64,000 nucleotides of DNA from Podarcis melisellensis. Its lineage: Eukaryota. The translations under genes were made by a program, and so were the position numbers. The notes beneath the pieces are model-generated. The model worked only from the letters and a program-made list of their open reading frames with translations. It made no database searches and was not told the origin of the DNA. Positions 39,351 through 59,461 of the stretch are shown here, in pieces (within the stretch, counting starts at the first letter, position 1; each line of letters begins with the position of its first letter). The DNA lies in the NCBI GenBank assembly GCA_964234715.1, contig OZ174287.1; one strand, 5' to 3'.

Positions 39351-40639
39351 TCCTCCCGTAAGGGAACTGTTACTTTCCAAGCTCCCGCATAAAGTAGTAC
39401 TTTTGAACCCTTCATTCAGTAGAGGATTGTCTGCGTTGTCTGGCAGAACTGCTCTGGGATTTTTTACAGGGGTATCTCTCAGCCTTGATACTATTCCACT
39501 AGCAATAGCCCTGCACTGAATTTCAAAAAGCATTTGTTAGAAAAAAAATTGTTATCCACTTTGGTCTGATGAAAGTAGCTAAAACTATGATGAAGCAGAT
39601 ATGATCAATCCTTCTGCATTGTTTTTTTTTTCAGAATTCAACGTATTTATTTATAATAGTTAAGACTTTGATCAAGGAATACATTCTACATTAGTACTTT
39701 GACAGAAGTTTATATTGCACTGTGACTGTAAAGAATTAGAAATGGGGGGGGCATTATCAACAACCTGATTTAGAGTTTAATTAAAAACTGGAGCTTGCTC
39801 AAAGGAAGACCTCCAGTACAGTGAGGGGGAAGGAAATCAAGTCCAATTAGAAAAATAGGTAGGTATGCAGAGGAGGGTTAGTTTAAGAAGAAATAGAGCA
39901 GCAACTTTTGAATTTTTGAATTGCTATTACATAGCGCAAATTCATTTCCTGTCATTCAGGGTAGATCCAAACTAACAGCTTCAAATTACAAGAAAGGACA
40001 TTTCAATTAAACATTATAAAGAACTTACTGATGATATGAGCTGTTTTAACCACAGTGGATGGAGCAGTCACAGATTTTGTCTATCAGCTGACTAAATGTG
40101 TTTTGAGGTCCCTTCTATTATTCTAGATGCATACTTGTGTTTAGATAACCTAAGTCTTTGTGGTCCTTTTGCTTTATACCTTGAAGACAAAGTCACTGAA
40201 CTCTGGAAGGACTTCGTTGTTGCAGTCTGTTGAGATGCCCAATTCCATGCATGTCTAAACTGGTGTTGTAGGATCAATTTCAGCTGATGTGGCCTGACGA
40301 TGTGGGCAGGGTGCTTGCAGCAATGAGTCTAACTACCGTATGTGCTCTCTTGCTCCTTGCCCTCATTTGCTAATAAAAACTAGCAGAAAATATGTGAGTG
40401 GGCGGGTTCAGAATGTAGTTAATGCATGTCTGTTTAAAAGGGTGGTCTCCAGTGTTCTCAACAAACCAAGGGCACCCTGGACCCTCTGATGCAGAGTAAC
40501 TACCAACCAGTTGTGTATTATTAGTAAGGTGCCTAGAGAAGGTTGTAGCATAACAACTGCAGGCATTCCTCTCCCCAACACTAGAACTTGTGGATATCCA
40601 AAGAAGCTGAATATTAAAACTTTATTCTCAGACCCTGCA

Positions 40640-42070
40640 GTCACTGAAGTCCTTATTTGTATGTCTTCTGCACAAGAGGTCCAGAGGGTGGCAACACAAG
40701 AATGGGCCTTTTTTACAGTGGTTTCCCATTGTGGAATGCTCTCCACGGGGAGGCTTGCTTGGCACCTTCATTACATATCTTCAGGCAACAGGAAAAAACT
40801 TTCCTCTATAACCAGGCCTTTGGCCTTTTAACTATTTGTGGCCTTTTAGAAGTGGATGGGGTGTTTTTAATGTATTCTCTCTTCCTCTTGGTTTTAATGT
40901 ATGTATGTAGGGTCTTCTGTCTGTTTGGTTGTAAGTTGCTTTGAGTTGCCCTGGGCAAGATAAAGCAATTAACAAAGTCACCAAACAATGATGATGATAG
41001 ACAAATGGAAATACTTCACACAGCACATAAACTATGGAATTCGCTCCCATAAGAGGAATTCAGTTTCATTATGAGACTGAATCAGCCTTGGTGGCCCCGA
41101 TGGAGGACTTCTACTGAGAGCAAGGCACAGGGAGTATAACCATTCTCCTCCTTCTGAAGCTCTTGGTGGCTTTTTATATCATTGACCATGGCATTCTCCT
41201 GGACCAACTCTTGTGAGCTGGGTATTGGAGGCACTGCACTGCAGTGGTTCTGATCCTATCTGCAGGTTTAGGTCCAGAGAGTAGCAGTTGAAAAGATACT
41301 TATTGGTGCCACAGTGGTTTTACATTATGGTGCACCACAAGGCACCACTTTATCACCAATGTCTTTTTACCATACGTGTAAAGTTGCTAGGAATTTTGGG
41401 ACAGGATGTCATCAGTATGCCAACATTCTGCTCTACTTCTTTTATACATACATCTGATTCAGGTTAGGCTGTACACACCCTGGACCAGTGGGCTGAATGA
41501 ATCGCAGTAAGACCAAGGACTGTGGTTGAGTGGTTCCCATGTCCAGGAGGCAAATTGTCTGTTCCAGACTCTCCCTTGGGTGGTTTGCATCTTGAAGGTG
41601 CTCCTGGATCCGTGTAGTCTCAATGGCCAGGAACTCCATCTATAAGCCTTTGTCTGAGAGGACAATTCCTGGATTGGGATAGCTTGGCCACTGTGTGTCA
41701 GATGTTTGTAAGCGCAACATTATACAATACAGTGATGCATCCTAGATGAGGCTTTGATTGGGTTTGGTCCAGCAGCTGGGACTACTAAGGGTACCACATT
41801 CTGCTTGCCTTGTTTCTTCTACAAGAGGGCATTTAATGTGTCTGCACCTAGGTTCTGTAACTCCCTATTACCATGAAGCAAACACCACAAGTACTTTGTT
41901 TCAGATGCCCACTTAAGCCTCTTCTGCTTGCTTTTCCAATGCGTTGTTCAGCCAATAATTTATTGCGTATCACCATCCAGATGTTGGCATAAGTTTTGTG
42001 TGCTCTTTTATGGGTATGTTCACAGCCCAGGTCCTTTGTATACTGTGCAATATTAAAACCTGTAAATTAA
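40640..42070 (+). mobile_element. Decayed L2/CR1-clade LINE fragments
   Basis: Degenerate RT motif resembling LLDLSAAFDTIDH at ~41145-41190, a VPQG-like motif at ~41330, and LWNAL-like 3' ends at ~40730 and ~41850. Confidence 0.55.
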
Positions 42071-43172
42071 TAAAAGCAGGCCAGACTGAGAGGAAGCGAA
42101 GTCTGAGATACACAGCGGAGCAAGGTTAGCAAAAAATGCAACCATCCCCACCCAGCAAAGCACCTGAGGGCAAGGCCTACCAAATGACCCTGTAGCAAAG
42201 GTAATAAAAAAATACTGAACAGAAGCAAAAGTACAGAATGAACGTAGCCAAACCTAAGCCTTGAAGAGTTTGTTTCACCCACAGCAGTATGGAGGGAAGG
42301 TGTACCATGTTTATTTAACAAGTTTTATATAGCATCAAAACCTCTAAGCAGTTTACATAACTATAGACAGGGGGACCTTTCTCCTGATGCACATGTGGAG
42401 CAGCAGAACTTTTGTCAGGGCTTCAGAGTCTTGCAAACTTTGACCAGAGCCTACTGTACTGGGATAAAAGCTGATCAATAAATCCTAAGTAGTCAACTAA
42501 CAAGAAAAGGCATTTTCCAGTTGACAAACGGACCAAAGAAAGGCCTGCGAGAGTGAATAGGATGGAAATGTCTCCACTCCCACTCAAAACCTGTCAATTT
42601 GATAAAATGAGATGTTACTGTTGCAGTACTAACCATGAGAAATCAATCAGACACACTGTCTTTTCCTGTAACGAATGACGGAGTGAATTTCACCAATGTC
42701 AACTCTAGACTATGGTAGTTTTGAAGGTGAACGTACCACCTCAAAACAGATTTTAAACTGGGCACAGCTACTGAATTTGCACAAAATGCACCCCAGACTT
42801 CACAAATCCACATATTTTGTTACTTGTTGTAGCCTCTTATACATGTACAATTGTAGTACAACCGGGTGCAGTTCACTCAACTTCTTTCTTGCCATTTGAT
42901 CCCGCATCACAGCAATTTTGCTTTTTGCCATAGCCAATGCACCTACCACCATTCCTGGTAGGAGGCAACATTGGCTGGGGAAATTAATTTATTGTGGCAA
43001 TGATATATGATCCGCCGCTTGCTATGGATTTTCATTTTCTGGTCGCTATGCCCTTGTTCCAAGGCAAAATTATCTATTGCGGTCTCCCTTAAAGCTGCAT
43101 TCAGGGTCCCACCAAGGCCAGTTAAGGAGCAACTGGCAATATGTGGTTTTTTCCTCCCCCCAAGATACAAAG

Positions 43173-43178
43173 TTTATT
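43173..43178 (-). terminator. Probable PRR14 polyadenylation signal
   Basis: AATAAA on - strand ~0.9 kb downstream of the stop. Confidence 0.6.
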
Positions 43179-44063
43179 AGAAATATAGATTAATAAAAAA
43201 TGAAAACCAAAAACACATAATTCCTAACAAAACAGTTGATCCAAGCTAGGAACACCCAGAGGCCTTGATCCAGAGATGCAAAGGCATTCTCTCAGCATTC
43301 CCAGCCGCCCATCCACTGTCTGTGCTTAAACAGGTGGACACGTCCCCATTGCCCAGCCTATTGCTACATCGTCTCTTCCTCCACATCATCCCGTGCCATA
43401 ACAAAAACCTGCTCCTGCTGATTCTTTCACATAGTCCCTTTTTTCTTTATCCTTCCCATCCAACAGGCACATCGGTTCTGCATTCCTATTTGGTTTGATG
43501 GCGGTGGCCGCTCCAAAAAAGGCAACTAGGCCCTCACTTGGCTAGGCCCATCCCTTGCTGGCCTAAGTCTCTCACAGAAGGCACAACAGCGCTGGGCACT
43601 AGGTGCTCCTCCCATGCGCGGAACTGGTGGTATGACTGGGCGCAGGAGGAAGAGTGCAGAGGGCAGGCAACTCTGGGGCACCACAAACATTCTTCCCCTT
43701 CCACTTGCGAGCCAAAGAGCCAAGCAATTGGGGACTCAAGCGGTGCCAGAGCAGGCAGCATGTTGGCTGGGCCAGGTGGCACAGATAGGCACCCAGGCAC
43801 TATTTTCAAAGCAGCAGAGCTTGTGGCTTGGAGACTGATCAAGGGAGGAGGAGGAGGAGGCAACAGGCACAGAAGGCTGGTTTGATGGGGAACTGGAGAA
43901 TAAACAGCACCACAGGAGAAACTTGGAGTGGTATTGGTGACTTTGGTAGAGTTTTTTTTAAAAAAACAACAACAACACCAGCAACCTCTTTTGCTAGTTA
44001 AACAGAGGAAGTGGTCTTGGGCTCCTCGGGGTGCTGCCCTTCCTTCTAGCCTCTGCTCAGATC

Positions 44064-51390
<7,327 letters not shown>

Positions 51391-52337
51391 GGCCTGTCTC
51401 AGAAGGGAGACACCCCACCCCTTCCTGGCATCAGGAAGGTGGCCGCCCCAGAACAGCCCACAGGGTCTTCATTCCTCACTTCTCTGCTTCAGAAAAGGAA
51501 AAAACCAGAATTAAAATGACTGCATTCCCATGGTCCCCAGATATAGTTCTGCCTTTTAAAGCCAAATGCTACTTTAATCCGGATTAACCTGGAATGTGTA
51601 ACACCACACCCAGATTGTCAAAACCTTCTGCACGGATGACAAATCACAATTCTCTTTACTAGCTGGAGAAAACTTCACATTTACTACTGAACTAAGCAAA
51701 GGATGGTTAAGAGGGCACTCCTGTTCTTGTCTACTCAGAAGTAGACCTCTCTCCCCTGGGTTCAATAGGACTTCCTCCCAGCTAAGTGTGTGTAAGCATT
51801 GAACCCTATGTGGGTCAGGGGAGTACACAGCCTGACTAAAAACCTCTTAGCAATGCCACCCCCTCCTTTCTGAAGGACCAGCAGGCTCAAACATGCATCC
51901 CTCCAATGGTACTGAACAAGACACAGAGGCCAGCATGAGAGCTTATTAGGTTTCCCCTCAGAGAAGGTAATTATAAATCATTAGGAGCCATGCAAATAGC
52001 ACCTTAGCAACAACTAAAAAACGCCCTTCCTTCACAGAGATTCTCCAGGGCTACAAGACTAGAAGCTCAGGTAGGAAGGGAAAATTTCTCAGTGGGAGAC
52101 AATGTGTTGCTTCTACAGATCCCTCCACCCAGGGAAATGGGCAAAACCAAGCAGGCACTTGCCAAATGGGGGGCAGCAAATTAAAGGTGGGGGCTAGAAA
52201 CAGAAGCACCACAAAGGTATGTACTACAGCAAGCAAGGCAGAAGGAAATCCAAGCTAGAAAACACACTCCACGGCTTTTAAAAGGGCTCAACAGGAAGGG
52301 GGAACCTGTTGCCCTGCACTGTTGCTGGTCTACAGTA

Positions 52338-52466
52338 CATAGACTTGTAACTGGAAGGGACCACAGGCATCATCTAGTCTAACCTCCTGTGATGGAGGAA
52401 TCTTTTTGCCCAACGTGGGGCTCAAACCCACAACCCTGAGATTAAGAGTCTCCTACTCTACCAACT
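52338..52466 (-). mobile_element. Second copy of the tRNA-Lys/CR1-tail SINE
   Basis: Aligns by eye with 189-335; a tail-only copy lies at ~56042-56109. Confidence 0.75.
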
Positions 52467-54679
52467 GCCCTTGCTGGCAAGAGCTAATGGCAGTTGGGAG
52501 TCCAACATCATGTTCAGGGACATGGGTTGACCAACTCTGCAACACAGATACACACTAAAGGCAGGCCAACGTTTTAGTGGATTTACATTTCCGCACATGA
52601 CAGGAGCCTTGCTCAGACATTTGTCTTGTCTGTGACCTTCCTCACATTTGACATCTCATTAGGGATTATTCTCAAAAGTTACCCCTGGCAGGAAGAGGTC
52701 CAGCAAGACTGTGGGAGGAAGGGTAGGAAATGCCGAGTAATGCCGGGTGATAAAACTCAAGCCAACAAAAGCGTCTCAAGTCATGGCAAGATGAAACAAA
52801 TAAGAGGCAAGCAGCCAAGTGAGCAGAGGGTAGGTGATTTTGCTGGGGCTACTGCCAGTGGCAATATTAGGCTGTTTCAGACCATATTTTCTCAGTAGAG
52901 TCCTGGACTAACCAGCCTGGAACAGCTGCTTCCTTCAGCAAAGACACTGTGATCTCAGCCATCCAAATATTTTCCTCCCAGTTTTAATATTTATTAGGTA
53001 TTAGCAGCATTTATGGGGGTTTTAAAAATCCACTTATCCAATTTTCTGTTTTGCAGCATAATTATTCCCTGGGTCTCCTTAACTATGGAAGAAGATGGCA
53101 GGCAAAGATGGGAGTTCTGTCCCTTGGACATAGAGGTACAGTGTAATCAACGATCCTCCTCAAAGCTTGATCAGCAAAGATAACAAGGAATGCAAAAGTG
53201 CCATGGCTCTGAACAAGAAAGAAAGCGACTTCACTATCAGAGAATGAGGGTAAAGGATACCTTAACTGAAAAAGAAACTATAGGTCCCAGCTTGGTTCCA
53301 AAAGCCTTAAAACTATCCAGAGAAGGACAAGACCTCCTGACTGAAATTAATCAAAGCATAGCTAAAATGCATGAGGATTTGCTTCAAAATGGGATGCAAA
53401 AATAAAACCATTAGCGGCTAGCATTGTTGATCTGACAGCCTAAATGGCAGATACCTGCAAGTGAGGCCATGAATATGGGCATTGAACATCAAAGCAGCCT
53501 GGACTGACTTCAAAGAGAACTGAACATTTCCCCTCAAAAGGGGTTTTATTGGGGTTTCAGACAAGTAGAAAGGTTAAAAGTCAATAGTCTTCAGAAGGGT
53601 TTTGGGTTTGATGGGGAAAATTTACAAAGCATACATGGAACTGTAAAAACTGAGGGAGGAATGCTGAAATACTACTGCAACTTATAATTTTTCAAACAAT
53701 TTTTATCATAGCAGATGGTAATTAAAATTATATTACTAACATCACAGGGGTCTAGGCTCTTCAATGAAGGGTATTTGCAGAATTAAATCATAATAACCTG
53801 ACTCTCTTTTTTGTATTACAGCAAATTCATTTAAAATAAATTAATTGCAATGTTTTTGCACCAAAAAAATGTTTTCATGGAAATTAAGCACTACTCTGTT
53901 ACAAAACACATTAACTTGAAACAACTGACAAGAGGTATTAAAAATTTTGAACTAAATCATTCTGTTCCATCTAAAACATGGAAAAGCAACACAAATGTGA
54001 AGAATTGCCAGAGATTTTGTAAAATTTTACCAGGGAAGAGTAGAAGTAGAAATGTCAGAAACTGGAAAAATAACTACAATGCAATTTGTATGCCCAAAAC
54101 AACTAGCAAAAATGGATATACCAAAAGAATAGTTTTATTTGAGCTTCTGTATATCCTGTTTGGTTTATTATTATCGATTATTTGTTTGCATTATAAAACA
54201 TATATTTGTATTGTGTATTATTTGAATTATGAAATAATATGAGCATGGGGCATCCAAAAAGTATAAAACAATGCATCTACATAAGAATATGAATCATTGT
54301 CAAAATATAATATTGACTGTCCTTGACTCTTCCTGCCACACTTGTCATCCCCTCATGCCACACCCTTTGATAACCACACACACAAATGCATATTAAAAAC
54401 CTATGGAAGTGGAGACATCATCCCATCTGCTCCTGCCTCTCACCATCCCTGGCGATGGACCCTTGGTGTATACAAAAGGTGAGCATGTGCGGCATGTGGA
54501 AAAAGGGAAACCATAACCCAGGGCTGCACCTGACCCAATGATCCCTCCCAGAACTGGATTTCAGTGGCAATTCTAGGATGCTGGAGGAAAGGGGTCTGCC
54601 GTTTATTCAGGATCCCTTTCTCTCCCCCCCCCCCAAGTCCTGCTTCGCAGCCTAGGCTCACCCCACACACAGGTAAGCA

Positions 54680-55900
54680 CGGGCACCGTCAGGCCCCTTT
54701 CTCTTGGGGGTCGCCTCCTAACTATCCCCACCGCTTCAAGATCCGTCCCCTTTAGCTCTCCCGCCGATTCCTCCCTCACTGACCTAAAAGGGCCGGCTCC
54801 AGAGGAGGAGGCGGTGTGGGGAGGAAGAGCCTGCCTCCGATTACCTGTCGGCTCCTCATCCACCCCCACCCCCCGCGCCCGGTGCTCTGCCCTAGGCAGG
54901 ATCAGCACCGCTCCCTGGCGGGAGGAAAGGCAAGGCGAGTAGAGGCGGAGGCTGCTCCTCTTTCCTCCGAGGGAGAGCGGCAGCACCAGGCAGAGGAGGC
55001 GCCGGGTGGACAGTCCCTCCGCGCACCCCTGACAGCCGGGTGAGGTGTGGGGCTGGACGGTGCCCACCTCCGACTCCTCAGCCGCTTCCTCCAGATCCTT
55101 CCGCCCTTCTCCTCCCCACCCCACAAAAAACATCCAACTTCATGGAGGTCCCCCCGCCCCAAATAGCTGCCCCCCACATGGTGGCCTTTTGCTCCTTCCA
55201 CCCCCTCTCGATCCTCCCCACAAGTTGCCCCCTCCCCGCCCCGCAATCCGCCAGGCGCGCCCGACCCGACACCGGCCGGCCACCCCACCCGGGAGCGGCG
55301 CCCCCCTCGCCCGCCCCATCCAGGTCTCACCTCCGCCGCCTCCCTCCCTTCCTCGGGCTTCTCGCCTGCCTCAGGCAAACAAACTGATAAGCACCCGCAT
55401 CTCAATGTGAAAAAAATAAAATAAATAAAACTACTCCGCACGCTCGACCCCGCCTTTACCGCCTCCTCTCTCCAACTCACCAGCTCGCCCTCTTCCTCCT
55501 CCCCTCGCCCTTCTCCAAGCAGCCGCTGGACAGTGCCCGAGCCGTCTCCACATGCAGCCCACCCAATGGCCATGCGTCTTGTTAATGGTCCCAACCAATA
55601 GGCGCGCGGTTTCTTTACCGGCGTCTGGTAGCTACAGCGCCGCCATCGCTGTTCAGGGCAACAACAAAAAAAGTTGGTCGTAGACTTTTTTGAGTTTGTG
55701 TTGCAAAAGGAAGCGGTGCGACCGCCTTCTTCGCTAAAAGGCGTCTGCGCCGTTGAAGTCAGCAGGCCCGCCATCTCAAGAAAGGGCAGGGAATGAGAAG
55801 AAAATAGGAAGGAAAACGTACAGGGCGGTAGCCATTTTGGGTGAGGGCAGAGTTTGGTTGGCGCCGTTTAAGACGCCGCCATTTGAGGGGAAGACCAGAA
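54680..55900 (-). promoter_or_regulatory. CpG-island promoter and non-coding exon 1 of PRR14
   Basis: CpG-rich; donor GAG|GTGAGA at 55331; CCAAT boxes at ~55563 and ~55595; four YY1-like GCCAT cores (~55641, 55770, 55831, 55878). Confidence 0.8.
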
Positions 55901-57299
55901 ATCCAGGCTTTAAAGAAACCGTGTTTCCATTTTCCAGTTGGATGCGATGAAATAAAGAATAGTAGTTTCCTTGGTTCCTTCCTTTAGGGAGGTCGTTTCG
56001 TCATACACGCGGTTTTTGAGGGAGATTAATCTGTATTAAATTAGAATTATAGAATTATAGAGCTGGAAGGGACCCCCAAGGGTCATCCAATCCCCTGCAA
56101 TGCAGGAATAAGTTCGTTGTAATGCAGTGCAAAACAGCACACACACATAAAGACTAGTTTAATATATTCTTATTATTTATTAAATTTCTATGCCACCCTT
56201 CATCCGAGGATCACATGGTGGTTTACAACATAAAAACACAAAAATACATAACATAGTAACAAACAAAATAATACTGCCTCCAACACACGCAGTTTAAAGG
56301 GCTATATATTGTTTAATTAGCCAAAGGCCTAGGAGAAGATGAATATCCGCCTGGAGGAAAAACATTTGTGTTCATATTTTTTAAAAAATGTTGAGGTATG
56401 AAGTGCTCACCATCTTGCCAGTTCATTCCCTCCACACTCCTAGGCATGTTTGCTCAGAAGCAGGCTTCTGCGTCAAAGGAGGCCTCCAAGACATAATGAT
56501 CTTAGCCAAGGAATCAGACCGACCAGGATCTATGCATATTCCCCCTCATCTCTCTCTGAAAGTAGTAGTGATGAGTAAAGGTGCACTCCTTACCCCCATT
56601 TACCAGATGGAATTCACCTAGACCTATTTTTGAGTAGACATGGTAGGGATTGCCAGCTTAGCTTGGGTTAGAAAACGCAGGGGGAGGAAACTGATTTTCT
56701 AGATCCATTTCAACCTGGGTTTCAGCCAGGTTTCGGCACAGACAGAAACTGCTTCCAACAGAAGCAGTTTCCAGGCCCCATTCAAAGTACTGGTTTTGAC
56801 CTATAAAGCCTTAAATGGCTCCTGACCACAATACCTCAAGGACTGGCTCTCCCCATATGAACCACCCAGCAGCACCCTGCAATCATCCCCCAAGGCCCTT
56901 CTGTGTGTGCCTCCTCCAGAAGAAGGTAGTAATATGAGAATGGGCCCTTTCTACAGTGGCTCTGTTTGTGGAGTGCCCTCCCCAAGGTGGCTCGAATGGC
57001 ACCTTCATTATATACACCTTTAGGTGCCAGGCACTGATTAATATCCTATATCATTTTAAATGTGTTTGGGGGGGAGGGGAGTTATTAGTTTGTGGTCTTC
57101 TTGTCGTTTTTGTAAAACATTTTGTGCTTCATCTTCCATTTTTATGTTTTGAACCACCCTGAGATTGCCCGAATGAAGGTACCATTCATTTTCCCCCATG
57201 TGACCCCTTCCCAGACGTTGTTGGACTGCAATTCCCATCATCCCTTGCCATTGGCTATGATGGCTGAAGCTGATGGGAGTTGGAGTCTATCAGCATCTA

Positions 57300-57780
57300 G
57301 CGCGCACCGCGTTGGCTATACCGCTTTACCGGTTCTAAATGATAGCTGCCTCCGCCCTCCTTCATCTCTAGGATTCACCCGTCCTCTGCTCTCAGGATCA
57401 ATGGGTTTTATTTCTACCCAGACCTTTTCTTTCAAATGTCACCCGCTTGGGGAAACTACGCCTCCCAGGATGCCGCGCAGAGCCAGCCCTCTTCCTCACC
57501 GCGCCTTGCCCTGCGTCGGCTGAGTAGGAAAGTGCGCGGCAAGCGCGGCGGTCGTCCGGGCTGCCCCTCGCGCCGCTCTCGGCCCGCTTGCTGCCCCTGC
57601 TATGGCGGCAGGGGCTCCCTCGGCTGTTCCTGCCCGCAGCCCCCCTCGGTGGCTCGGAGGCCCTGCAGACGGCTCCGTGTACCTCCTCCTGCCCGTCCCT
57701 GCTGGAAGTGCCCTGGTGCTAACACCAGGTGAGCATGGGGGGGGGGGTACAGACGGAGGGTTTGCTCGGAAACCGGGGCT
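57300..57780 (+). promoter_or_regulatory. CpG island at the zinc-finger gene 5' end
   Basis: Local CpG enrichment around the ATG-containing exon. Confidence 0.7.
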
Positions 57781-59461
57781 AAACCTGACCCAGGGATCTG
57801 CCCTAGAATAGCATTTTTAGCCAGGTCTAAAGTCTGGATCTTGAAATGTCTGCCTATGTGTTAGAAAGTGGGAGATGGACTCGTGTTTGTTTGTGTGCGT
57901 GCAAGGGATAGATGAAACTGCAGCAGCAGGTTTCCTGAGTAACACTGCAAGCCTAACCCCATTTACCCGAAAGTAAGCACCACTGAATTCCATAGGCCTT
58001 AATTCTGGGTAGGCATGGTTAGGAGACTACGTACTGCAAACCCCACGAAAACCCTTAACACTGTTTTTCTCTTCATATGGATGCAGCCTACATATTTCTT
58101 AAACCAGGAGCTTCTTGGTTCTTGTAGATATCACACTGTCTTCCTGTGCATTTTTTCTTCCCAAGATGTTTTTCAGAGGGATTCCTCATCTTGCAGCGCT
58201 TAACCCAGGGTGGGGAAACCTGTGTCCTGCCAGATGTTATTGGACTCTGATCAGCCCAGCCAAGATGGCCAATGGTCAAGGATAGTGGATGTTGTGGTGC
58301 AGTAGCATGTGGCGGGCCAAAAGCTTCTCCATTCCTGCCTTATTCTGCCTCACACTACCTAAGAGTCAGAGAAGAGTCTGGGCACAAGCAGAACCATGGT
58401 GGAGAGTGGGTGCAAAATTGTGCCCGGGTTGACACCTGCCTCCCCCCACCCAGCCACTGAATGTGTGTGGATTAGGTTCTGTTTCAAAACCAAGTGCTTA
58501 ATTTGGTGATCAAGCCTCTTTTCTGTCTGCAGCAGATGGAGCAAATTCTGCCTGGATTCTGTCTCTCCCTGCAGAGAGCAAGAACAAAGTGGAAAACCCA
58601 CAGGAAGATGGTGCACAGCCATGTCCCATTTCCTCAAGTAGCTCCAGCGGGAGTGGAAATAAGAAAGGAGGCTCTGCGAAAGACCAGCCGACTTTTTGTA
58701 AAGGGGACTTGAATGACCCTATGTGGGCCTTGTGTGGCAAAACAAAATCCTACAAATGCCCCGACTGCGGGAAAAATTACCGCAGGAGCACAGACCTCTT
58801 GAGGCACCAGAGGACCCACACGGGAGAAAGGCCTTATCTGTGCCTGGACTGTGGGAAGAGCTTCAGTCGGAGTTCAATCCTCCTGGAGCACCAGAGAATC
58901 CATACAGGTGAGAAGCCATACAAATGCAGCCACTGTGGGCAAGGATTTAGCCAGAGCTCCAACTGTAAGCAGCATGAGAGGACTCATGGGAAGGAGAAAA
59001 GGAGCGACCCAATACACTGGGGATCAACTTGGCAAAGGACAGAGGTTCAGAGGGGTGGGCCTAAAAGCCTGAAAAGAATTGATGAAGGTGCAAGAGCTGA
59101 GCTTGGACTTGGATCTCAGTCTCCAGGGGGAAGTTCCTCGTGGAGCTCAAAGATGGTGATGAAGTATCAGAAAAGCCATAGGATGGAGAAGCCCTACAGG
59201 TGCCCTGAGTGCGGGAAATGCTTTGCACGCAGCACAGATTTCATCCGGCACCACATTACCCACACAGGAGAAAAGCCCTACACGTGTGTGAAATGTGGCA
59301 AGAGTTTTACGCGCAGCTCAGTCCTCATTGAGCACCAGCGAATCCACACGGGAGAGAGGCCCTACAAGTGCCGGCTGTGCGGAAAGGGCTTCAGTCAGAA
59401 CTCTAACCGTAACCAGCACGAGACAATCCATCAGGCTAAGAAATCTCCTGACACTTCCTGA
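57602..59461 (+). CDS. C2H2 zinc-finger protein with six fingers in two triplets; no recognisable KRAB or SCAN
   Basis: Exon 1 57602-57728 (ATGGCGG in a CpG island, CAG|GTGAGC, phase 1) joins in frame to acceptors at 58533/58536 or 58575; stop 59459-59461. Canonical CxxC...HxxxH fingers with TGEKPY/TGERPY linkers. Confidence 0.88.

Noticed and set aside
54902-55774. 290-aa ORF over the PRR14 promoter
   Set aside because: GC-rich island artefact with no domain, running across the exon 1 donor.
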